From the NCBI GenBank assembly GCA_046563655.1, contig CM102287.1:9548001-9612000 (forward strand): 64,000 nt of DNA. Reading direction: 5' to 3'. The stretch is from Yuukianura sp. NJ FZ-2021 (lineage: Eukaryota). The notes beneath the pieces were generated by a model. That model was not told the origin of the DNA, did not search any database, and worked only from the letters and a program-made list of their open reading frames with translations. The translations under genes and the position numbers were made by a program. Below are positions 53,402-62,445 of the stretch, piece by piece (position 1 is the stretch's first letter; each line of letters begins with the position of its first letter).

Positions 53402-53474
53402 TCATCATGAGGGCCGATTGACGGAGAAGTTCGTCCACAAGCAACTTGTAGCTTGGCAGATTGTCAGCTTCCAT
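53402..53474 (-). CDS. Candidate distal coding first exon (MEADNLPSYKLLVDELLRQSALMM), possibly an alternative ci start
   Basis: CAACATGG start context, 73-nt open frame, consensus GTAAGT donor (phase 1); same strand as ci and upstream of it. Confidence 0.35.
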
Positions 53475-54777
53475 GTTGTTTCAAGTCTTTGCTGGGCACT
53501 GACACTTGACTAAAGTTCAAAGTCACTTTTTAGAACTTGGAATTTAAAAAATGTCACTAATCGTCCCGGAAACGTTTAGGGTTAAGGTCACTGTTGATTG
53601 ATGATTAATCAGATTTGAGTCCAAGTGGATTTGAACGAGGTTCACTTTCGTTTTATGTTCGTTTGGAGTCGACGTTATTTCAAAAAACGTTGATGTTAGT
53701 TGTTCATGTCCGATTTCGGCTTTTCGGGAAGCCCTCAATCCTCATTTGTTTTGTGGTGGCAATTGTGTGGTTGTAGATCAAAACGGCGGCTGCGGCAAGT
53801 AAGAAGATCAGATTGGTCGTCCCTCCTCCCTTTTTAGCCGCTGAAGCGGAAGTTGAGTGCTGTTCGAGTAGTGCTGCTTCACCGCTCACGACATGGACTC
53901 ACTTTATAGATCGTTCTGAATCTGTTGGGAGACAATAAGCATTAGATCAGTCCAACGACTCCAGTCAAAGGGCCCAGGCTCCACTTAGTTAAAAATGAGA
54001 CACTAAAAGGAAAAGTAATAGACGTCCCTCGTCACTTTGGTCCTCCAGCAGTCACACACTCACGCACTCAATAGAACTAACCTTTGCGGCGGATAATACC
54101 CGTCCTCGTTCTAAACACGTCGTCCATGAACTAGTGCCGACAGGAGTAGAGGTTCATTCTTCCCTCGATCCCATTATCTCGTCATCATCACCGGCGGATC
54201 TGCCCCTTTGCCAGGACCGATTAGGAAACTGGTGGATTTGGTCATGCGGAATCCGAATTCGGGGAGTAGGGAAAGCCCGCTTCCTCCGCCTTGCTACCAC
54301 AAAAACACAAAAGAGAACAACAAATCAGAAAGGACGGAACTTGGAGGGTTAGAGTTACTTACTCCTAGACACCAAATGTTCAAAATGTTTTTTAGGAATC
54401 AGAATCGGATGGAGCTCCGGAATCCCCGAAATCGGACTAACTAAATACCCGACTTACCTCTTAATCCGCTTGTCACCTTCTCCTTCTGCTGATGTCTTCA
54501 CTCAAGAGAATCTAAGAACCAATTGAATAGTTAATCTTAGGAACTCGGGTTTCAGTAATCGATTAATCAACACCTTCGTTTAAGTAAACAGTACAGTAAA
54601 TTAGCTTATTACGCAGTTGCAGAGAAACTGGGAAACACCGGAATGACTTACTCAATTTGACGATTCGTCTGGAAATTCTCGATGTTCAATGATAACGAAT
54701 GCCAAATGAAGAGGAAGAGCACTTAACGTTGAAGTTAGTTTAACTAATTAACTGATTAATTAATTAACGATTAAAGA

Positions 54778-55098
54778 TGGTTGAATAACTTCCAGTGTCG
54801 TCCAGAAGAGTCCATAATGCAATCCACCAATCCACGTGTCGCAACAATTTGGTTGGGGTACGGTTTAGCGGTAGTCCTTGTATTTGCATCGCACGATGTA
54901 GCCACTTTAAGGCGACGATGGCAACGATAGGTGGTTGCACTACGTGGCAACTCATGTTGCTACTTGTGTTATGCTACGTTAAGATAAAGCAGCTACAAAA
55001 GTTGCCACCGAGGAGTAGCTGGCTATTGTTGCCACAAAACATGACGAGTGGCTGCACTGTGTTGTTATGATTATGGTAGTTAATCCTTACTTCAACCA
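54778..55098. repeat. Copy of the GTAGCCAC/GTGGCAAC-rich repeat family with 8-bp terminal inverted repeats
   Basis: TGGTTGAA...TTCAACCA ends, internal GTAGCCAC, GTGGCAAC and GTTGCCAC motifs. Right end GTTAATCCTTACTTCAACC matches 80-98. Confidence 0.5.
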
Positions 55099-55561
55099 AC
55101 AATTTTGAAAAAGGTTTCCTTTGTTTACTTTTTTCGCGCCAAAAAGAAGACGCGTTCCAAACAGATTACGATACGCATGTGTGGGCGAGGGCTTGGAAAA
55201 TGGTTTCTTGGCCTCGTTAACAATCCTTTTTAATTGCAATTACAATTAACTAAATACATTAACTTTAATTACAATTATAATTGTAAATTGACTAGAGTAT
55301 GATTTATAGTTGCCGGATTTCGGCAGCTTTCAAGGGCCTCTTTCTCTTTCACAATTGAGAAAGCAATGGGGGACTTCCGCCCCTCGCCCTTCATCTTCCG
55401 TCAATTAAGGGTCTCAAGATCCGTGGAATAATGAGGGACTTAAGGGATCGGATGTGAGATTAACGCTGGAACTTACGAAATATATTATATTATAATAATT
55501 ATTAAATTATAACCTTCGGGGAATTACTTTTGACGTAGAGGGGATGATTAGGTGACGGACT

Positions 55562-55627
55562 GAGGAGAGCTGCGTTCGAACCCACACCCTCTTCAATTCA
55601 AACCGCAACGCTAACCATCTACCACAT
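55562..55627 (-). other. Degenerate tRNA-derived / SINE-like head (Pol III A and B box-like motifs)
   Basis: Minus strand TGGTAGATGGTTAG (A-box-like, 55611-55624) and GGTTCGAAC (B-box-like, 55574-55582) at tRNA-like spacing. No intact anticodon or acceptor stem. Confidence 0.35.
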
Positions 55628-55823
55628 TCATCTTTTTCCATTTTCCCTTAACCTAGTCAACACAGCCCTTAAGGGACACTCATCAATTACTAATCAGCAC
55701 AAAGCACTAACATCCTCATGTAAGGGTCTACAAAGGCTCCCCCTCAAGTCCCCCTGTCAACTCACCAATGTTCACAGAATGTCACAAATTGTTTTTATTT
55801 TTTAGTTTTTGCATTAAAAAGTG

Positions 55824-55827
<4 letters not shown>

Positions 55828-55861
<34 letters not shown>

Positions 55862-58800
55862 CACATAAAATTTTTATTTATCGAATTTTTTCACAGTCAC
55901 CTGCCAAAGGCAGGTTGAGAAAAGAAGTAGGATTTAAGTTAGATTATAATATGAATAACTCATAAAGATCTTTTCCTGAGGGTAAGGTTCCCAAGATTGA
56001 GCAGGAGTTTCCGCGTTGAACAGCTAGGCTTATGCGTTGTAGGAAGAAGGTCGAGGCTCGTTTATCTCCAGATGCTTCTGACAGCCGATGTCCGATTTGT
56101 TTTAGTAGACGAAGACCTTCGGATCCGAATACACCTGATGTCTCGACGGCAATGATGGATACGACGAAGCGAGATTCTAGGTCACGATAGAGATGATGTT
56201 TGTGTGTCTCTGCTAATTCGGCTGCATGACCATAGCGGGAAGACGATGTCGAGAGGTAGGAATTTGCATAAGTGTCACGGCAGGTAAAGTCCCAGCAGAG
56301 GCAGCGTCCTGAGCTCCAAGGAATGAGAGTAACACCATCTGGCCGTTTGCCATCGGATCTGCTGCAGCCGACAGGTTCTTTAATTGAAGGAAATCCAGCG
56401 GTTTGTAATGCTCTGAAGATTATGTCGTTGACTGAGTTGTGACGAGAGTGTCTTCCGGCGCTACGCTTACAGCTTAAACCGTGGAGACCGTTACTTGACA
56501 CCGGAGCACCGCACGAGCAGATATGAGGTTGGCATATATCAGTTCCTAGGCGAAGAGCACAAGAAATCCTAAAAGATTCGTCCGAAAGTAGAGTTCCAAG
56601 TTGTCCGGAGGGAATTGCGTGTAACCAATCTCCAGAATGTGGAGCAGCGGCAGCCAGTAGTCTTGCTTTGTCGATAAGGGTTGAAGAGTTCTGAACTAGG
56701 GAAGAAGAAATTTGCTTAAAGACTTGAATTTCCCAGAGGTTTTGAGATTTTTTGTCCTGTGGAATAACGAAGCCCAATTGAGACCAGTTGAACAAAGCCA
56801 AATCCATTGAATAGTCGAAGGGTGACAGGGAAGACGGCAGAAATGTAGAAATTAGCTCCGCACAACTATGGACTGATGCCAAAAACGAAAATGTAGCGCA
56901 GTCCTTAGCGTGGCGAACTCCTAATCCGCCCAAGTTCACCGGTAGACTTAACTGAGACCAAGCGTGTGAAGACAAAGTAGAATTGAGAATCGATTCCATC
57001 ACTGCACGTAGTGCACAGTCGTATTCATCGAGAAGGTCGGTTTCCAGAAACGAAGGAGCACATCTGAGAAAATATAGGAGTCTTGGGGTGGAAATTGAAG
57101 CCCGAAGCAGGTAGAACGCAATGTGGGCAGGTATGTCCGACAACTTAGATGAGAGTGACTTGAAGTTTTCTGTTTTGCATTTGAGAATCCGACGAGACGA
57201 TTCTTTGAAAAGAGGCGCCCCTAGAAGTTCAGCTTGATCATAATCAGGGAAGATGATGTCTGGAGAAACAGATTGGAATGATTGGACGATTGAACGGGAC
57301 TCAATTGCTTCTGCACTTAGAATGATGACTTCACATTTTCTTAGGTTAAGTTCTAGTCCAAACGAAGAGGCTTCTCTTTGGATGTATTTGAGATTTTCGA
57401 GAACGACATCCGGAGTATCGGCAATCGTTGCGTCATCTAAATGCCAGATGTTGACATCAGTGGATAATGAAGAGGCCAATTGGTGGATGGTTAAAGCGAA
57501 AAGAGCAGGACCAAGGGGATCCCCTTGTTGCACTCCTAGTTTCGATTTGATGCAAGCGGAGTCGTAGTAGAGATCTGAATCGTGCGAATAAGCTTCAGAG
57601 ACGAATTTGTAGAAGTCTGGAAGTATGGTCTTCACAATGTCCAGCATACGATCTCTTCTAATTAAGTTGAAGGCATTGCGAAAGTCGATCTTGAGTAGAA
57701 CCTTGGCAGAAACATGGTTGGCATTACAGAAGATTCTGGCAGCGTGGGCGACGGCTTCAGCACCATTCTTGATTCCAACGCCAACTTGGATCGGGCTTAA
57801 GGTTGAAGTAATGACATTCAACGAGTGAGATAGGATAAGTTTAGACACGAGGCGTCTCCAAGTAAGGCCGATTGCGATAGGACGAATGCCTCCTTTCTTC
57901 TTTTGGATTGCTAATAGAGTTGCGCCAAAAAAAATTCGTCTCACTTCATCGGGAAGAGAACCATTTGTAATGAAGTTACACAATCCAGAAACTGATGTTA
58001 GAAGAGCTGCTCCTTCATCGCCTGAGGACTTTGAAGTTAGTTCCTTTAGAATCTGTGGACGAAAAGAGTCCAGGCCTCCGGCGGATCCATTTGGGAATGA
58101 CGAGATGGCTTTGATGACGTGACAGTTTTCAAAGATAACCTCAGATCTCGGAGGTGCGGCAGGAAACGAGGTTGGTAGTGGATGATCGGGATGCAATTGG
58201 TGGAGAATGTTTAAAGTATCAGAGTCTTTGGAGGCTATGCAATCTTCGGAGACCAGGATTCGAACTGCACCGCGTATATCCCCGTCGGCTAGTTTAGATT
58301 GAATGACCTTTGAGGAGTTACAGTGATGTGAGGACGGGTGATGGCCACGAGAGAATTGCTTGAATTGATGATGGGAGATGCTTGCAGGCGCCTCAGAAGT
58401 GATACGGCTAGCGTTTGTCTTCACCCATTTGGTTAGATTTGTGACAGCATCGTCTTTTGACGGAATGGGAAAAACTTGGTAGGGGAAGTAGAATAACTTT
58501 GCCCAAGAATCTGTAGAGTTGTGCTCTATTGCTTGGTCGATGATGGTGGACAGGGCAGAGGCGGTCGTTCTTCTTGCTCCTTTTGGAATGTGTTTGAGTG
58601 TGGACGTAGATTTTCTTAAGTCAGCAAGCTTTAGCCCAAGAGAAGTTGTAGAGATATCCTCATTGGAAGGAGCGGACCAAGTGATGTCGAAGTAAGATTG
58701 TTGAGAATGTTTGCGTCCGCCGGCTCGTGTTTTGGTAATGTTTGGAAAAGCTTTTAATAGTTTCAATCCAATTGTCGCGTCGGCTAAAGGTTTGATCTTC

Positions 58801-59495
58801 ACATCAGAGCAAAATGAATGGTATTTATCTTTTAGATCTTGTTTCTTGATCAAAGCTCCAGAAGCCTCCTGAATGTTGTTCTTGATCCAGTCGTCAGTTA
58901 GTTTAGAAATTTGTGATTTTCTTAAGCACCCAGTGGATGACGTAGTAGATGACGATGATGTAGATGATGAACCACTGAACTCCAATCCGCAGTCATCGGA
59001 TGATGACCCGATTCCGGGGTTCTCCGTGGTTGTGTCCAGGGTGTTATCACAAATAAAATTGATCGTTGAATTTTCTGGAAAATTGAGTTGGATGTTTGTT
59101 TCACAACTTCCGAGGTATCTCAACGGTCGTTCGGTTGCCATGAAGAGCAGAAAAGGTTGTCTAAATCCGTGAATTTTCAAGATTTAAAGTTGAATTTGAT
59201 AATTTGTTGACAAGGTAACGCTTAGCAGCACAAGTAGTTGTTTGTTTGAAAACGTCCTTCGAGTTGTCCTGAGATGAGAGACGACTTGGACGATGAAGAT
59301 GGCCGGGTTGACAGATATCCGGAGACAAATTGACCAAACAAGTATGTCAAAAGATGCGCCAGAGATGGAGGAACAGTTTGATACCAAAAAACCTCGATAA
59401 TACTCGCAATTTCTATTTCGGTAAATGGATAAGCAGGGAGCAACTTTTGCGTGTCGTCAAAACAAACAAACGAAATTGAAAAGTGGAAACGAACG
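55828..59495 (-). mobile_element. Full-length non-LTR retrotransposon, RLE type (CRE-like clade)
   Basis: 31-nt poly(A) tail (T run 55828-55858), AATAAA at 55873-55878, single long RT+RLE ORF and TSD AAAAGTGGAAA (55817-55827 / 59496-59506). The two flanks rejoin to match the empty paralogous lipase 3' region at about 62190-62450. Confidence 0.93.
55944..59141 (-). CDS. Retrotransposon ORF: RFX-like winged helix + reverse transcriptase + CCHC knuckle + PD-(D/E)xK restriction-like endonuclease (about 1065 aa from the first ATG)
   Basis: GSAGGLDSFRP, KKKGGIRPIAIG..RRL, QVGVG..GAE, KIDFRNAFN, GVQQGDPLGP, WHLDD, LELNLRKCE, LPVNLGGLG, CSC..H..C, RHN, EP..RPDG..D..AE..K..Y. No stops or frameshifts. 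First ATG at 59141; the frame is open from 59183. Confidence 0.92.
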   Translation of the reverse strand: MATERPLRYLGSCETNIQLNFPENSTINFICDNTLDTTTENPGIGSSSDDCGLEFSGSSSTSSSSTTSSTGCLRKSQISKLTDDWIKNNIQEASGALIKKQDLKDKYHSFCSDVKIKPLADATIGLKLLKAFPNITKTRAGGRKHSQQSYFDITWSAPSNEDISTTSLGLKLADLRKSTSTLKHIPKGARRTTASALSTIIDQAIEHNSTDSWAKLFYFPYQVFPIPSKDDAVTNLTKWVKTNASRITSEAPASISHHQFKQFSRGHHPSSHHCNSSKVIQSKLADGDIRGAVRILVSEDCIASKDSDTLNILHQLHPDHPLPTSFPAAPPRSEVIFENCHVIKAISSFPNGSAGGLDSFRPQILKELTSKSSGDEGAALLTSVSGLCNFITNGSLPDEVRRIFFGATLLAIQKKKGGIRPIAIGLTWRRLVSKLILSHSLNVITSTLSPIQVGVGIKNGAEAVAHAARIFCNANHVSAKVLLKIDFRNAFNLIRRDRMLDIVKTILPDFYKFVSEAYSHDSDLYYDSACIKSKLGVQQGDPLGPALFALTIHQLASSLSTDVNIWHLDDATIADTPDVVLENLKYIQREASSFGLELNLRKCEVIILSAEAIESRSIVQSFQSVSPDIIFPDYDQAELLGAPLFKESSRRILKCKTENFKSLSSKLSDIPAHIAFYLLRASISTPRLLYFLRCAPSFLETDLLDEYDCALRAVMESILNSTLSSHAWSQLSLPVNLGGLGVRHAKDCATFSFLASVHSCAELISTFLPSSLSPFDYSMDLALFNWSQLGFVIPQDKKSQNLWEIQVFKQISSSLVQNSSTLIDKARLLAAAAPHSGDWLHAIPSGQLGTLLSDESFRISCALRLGTDICQPHICSCGAPVSSNGLHGLSCKRSAGRHSRHNSVNDIIFRALQTAGFPSIKEPVGCSRSDGKRPDGVTLIPWSSGRCLCWDFTCRDTYANSYLSTSSSRYGHAAELAETHKHHLYRDLESRFVVSIIAVETSGVFGSEGLRLLKQIGHRLSEASGDKRASTFFLQRISLAVQRGNSCSILGTLPSGKDLYELFIL

Positions 59496-59647
59496 AAAAG
59501 TGGAAAAGTTTTGAAATTTTTAAAATTAAAACGCTACCACCATGACTGTAGCGTTTGTTGTCAGAATTCGAAAAATTAAAAAAAATTGAGATGCTTTGTT
59601 GAAATGTTGTTGTTTTGTGTGAGGTCAAAGGTTATGACGTTGTTGAT

Positions 59648-61559
59648 CTACTCGCCTTCCGGAATAGTCAAGTAAAGTTTTCCTCTTGCTCTGAAATTTC
59701 ATACATCAAAATTTCAAAATTTGAACAAAAACTTGATTTTTTCGAAGTTATTGTATCAAAAACTTACGTGAAATCAATGAATTCCCCCATTTTTACGCCA
59801 AGGTCACTACGGCAAGTGCCTCTCTTGAAAGTGTCATAGTCTGCACAAGGATAGCCCATGTACGCCTTCCCCAGAATAGTCTTGCTGTAGTACTCGGGTG
59901 CCTTGAGGTGGCTGCAGACTCCTGCAAATTTGCAAATGACATTATTTTTGCAAAAATTTGCAAATTACCAAATCCATGCAAATTAAATTTGCAAAATACT
60001 GTAACTTTTTAAGTGTAACTAGGTGGGACTTACCCATGACTTCTCCAAGCAGTAGAAGCGAACAACCAGGTTGATGCTCTCCTACAATTTCCAAAATTGA
60101 ATTTTGCAAATTCAAATTTTGTGTTAAATTTTGAAATGTTCATGATGGAAATATAGTCTTTTGTTAAGTCAAAGGTCACTGACCTCCGTTGGGGTAAAAA
60201 TCCACATGACCCGATTCAATTGCAGTTCCAAATGTCGTGATTTTTGTTCCCATGTTAGTGTGAATCACATCTACAAAAGCACCATCTCCAGGGTCAAGTC
60301 GACTTTCAAGTGACACCGAGGGGTCACTGAATCCTGGACCAGCAGGGTCAAGGCCTAAGGTCAAATTAATCACGAATTAGTTAGTTAATTACTAGTTAAT
60401 TAGTTAAACTAAAAGTACTTTGAAGTTAGCTTGACCTTTACCTGTGACATGACCGACTTGCTCACCCAGAAATTGAGCAGCATAGTACGATCCGATGCCA
60501 GCGACATGCGCACCGAGACTGAAACCAACGATGTGGACATTTGATAGACTTTTGACGTAGTTGTCAGTGGGATTACGCAGGAAGATGAGGAGTTCTGCGA
60601 CATAAAGTCCCACTTTCTCAGTGTTATTTGCAGAACGGAAGTAGTTGACCTGACGAGCAAGGTCATGCCAGTCAACAAATATTAAGTTCTCTGGTCTCCC
60701 TGCTTCGATGTAAGCTAAACAAAAGTTAAAGTTAAAGTTATGTTACATTAACCTTATTGGGCTAGTAACAGCTTGACCTTTGACCTCTGAGACTAACCTC
60801 GGATGATTTCTTTCGTTGCGGACAATGGACTGTTTGTAGAATCTTCTGTGTATCCGTGAATCACTATGATCGTATTCTCTTCTTTGTTCCATTTGGAGTT
60901 GGTGAAAGTGCGCAGGTCACTTGGGGTCAAAACTTGGTCTTTGTAGTTACTGAAAATCAAAATTTTGAAAAATTTAATTTTGAAATTTTAGTATGACCTC
61001 TGTCCTGGGGTACTTTTTGCTGTTTTTGCCTTATTTTTTTGCCATTTTCTCTTACTTGTTACTATTTTTCTCTAACTTTTTGCTTCTTTTGTCTCACATT
61101 TTGCTGACTCTGCTTTACTTTTTGCTGTTTTTTCTTACTTTTCCCCGTTTTTGTCTAACTTTTTGCTGCTTTTGTCTTACTTTTTGCTGTTGTAGAAGTG
61201 GAATTGGACATCATGTACTTCCGCCCCCAGATTGAAAAGTCCCCATCCCTTGGTGAAGTCCACAGTGTCCTTGAGGGTCAAGGGGTCAAACTTGAGTCCA
61301 GAAAGTCCAGGGAGTGAGGGGACTGGAAGCACTGGAATGTCCAGCAATCCTCCAGCAGCATCACTACTCCCGGGTAGTTTCGGAGTTAAGTTAAACTGCA
61401 ACGTCAACGAATAAAATATTTGCAGAAATTAGTGTTAAAACCCAGGAAATTTTAACAGTTCAGGAATTCCTAACAGTCGTGGTTTACCGCAATTGAAATG
61501 TTGATGAAAACGAAGTTCAACAAACCACTGGAGTAAATAATCCAAATAATGCGTGACAT
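59648..61559 (-). CDS. Pancreatic lipase / phospholipase A1 family lipase (copy 1), secreted, multi-exon
   Basis: [24 protein letters not shown] (Ser), GLDPAGP (Asp), [24 protein letters not shown] (His). Hydrophobic N-terminus from ATG 61559; stop TAG at 59648 after LTIPEGE. Confidence 0.88.
61011..61190. repeat. About 21-bp degenerate minisatellite in a lipase intron (CTTACTTTTTGCTGTTTTTGT-like) x about 8
   Basis: Repeating TACTTTTTGCTG core. A shorter array of about 4 units sits at the same intron position in the paralog (about 63805-63880). Confidence 0.7.
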
Positions 61560-62445
61560 GGTTGACCTTGACCTCATGACCCCACGGTGACAAATAACAG
61601 AGCAGCTACTTTGCTTTCTTTTTTGTAAAATGAGGCTTCTGATTGTGAGCTTCCTTGGAATTGACTGAAACTGAGCCTCAAGAACACAAAAGTTATGGAT
61701 TTTATAGACTGAAGACAAAGTCAAGGTCAAGGGACGAGTAGAATGACCTAGTTTGTAACTTTTTATGACTTTTTTCGTTTTTTCAACAAAAAATTTGTAG
61801 GTCATTTGAATTTCAGACTCTTGACGTGGTAGCTAAAGTGAGATTTTTCAATTGGAGTTTCAGTCAAATTGAAGCTAAATGTGTCTGGCATTGTGGAACA
61901 GCAGCACATTACGAATGATTTGCAATTTTCAAATTCTGCATTTGCAATTTGCAACTTTTATGAAAATTTAAAAAAAGCAGTTTTTTTGAAGTTTAAAAAC
62001 GGCACAGAGTTTTACATTTTAACCAAATCGCTACTGTTGTTAAACAAGCAGTTAGATTGATGCAACTACCCCAAGCCACGCCCACCCGCAAGGAAAAGCG
62101 TCATCAGTTTCATATGACATTTTGTTTAACTTTCAATGAAAAAAAAAACTGTTCCAAAAAACTTTTTTCAAAAAAAAACTGAAATTACTAATTAGCACAA
62201 ACTAAGATCCTCTTGTAAGTTTCTACAAAGGCTCCCCCCTCAAGTCCCCTTTGTCAAAAAAAGCTCACAAATTTCATAAATAATTGTTTTTATTTTTTAG
62301 TTTTTGCATTGAAAAGTGAAAGTTTCGATTTTTAAAATACCATGCCATAAGCTCTAGTCGTAAAAGTTAGACAACCAGAAAAATTGAAATGCGATCTTGA
62401 AATTTTGTTGTTTTCTGAGCGGTCAGAGCTTATGACCTTCTTGGC

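Noticed and set aside
59184..59443. Upstream ORFs as a possible ORF1 or stop-readthrough extension (59184..59387 is in frame with the RT ORF across one TAA)
   Set aside because: Non-ATG starts, no recognisable motif; treated as 5' UTR unless sibling copies lack the stop.
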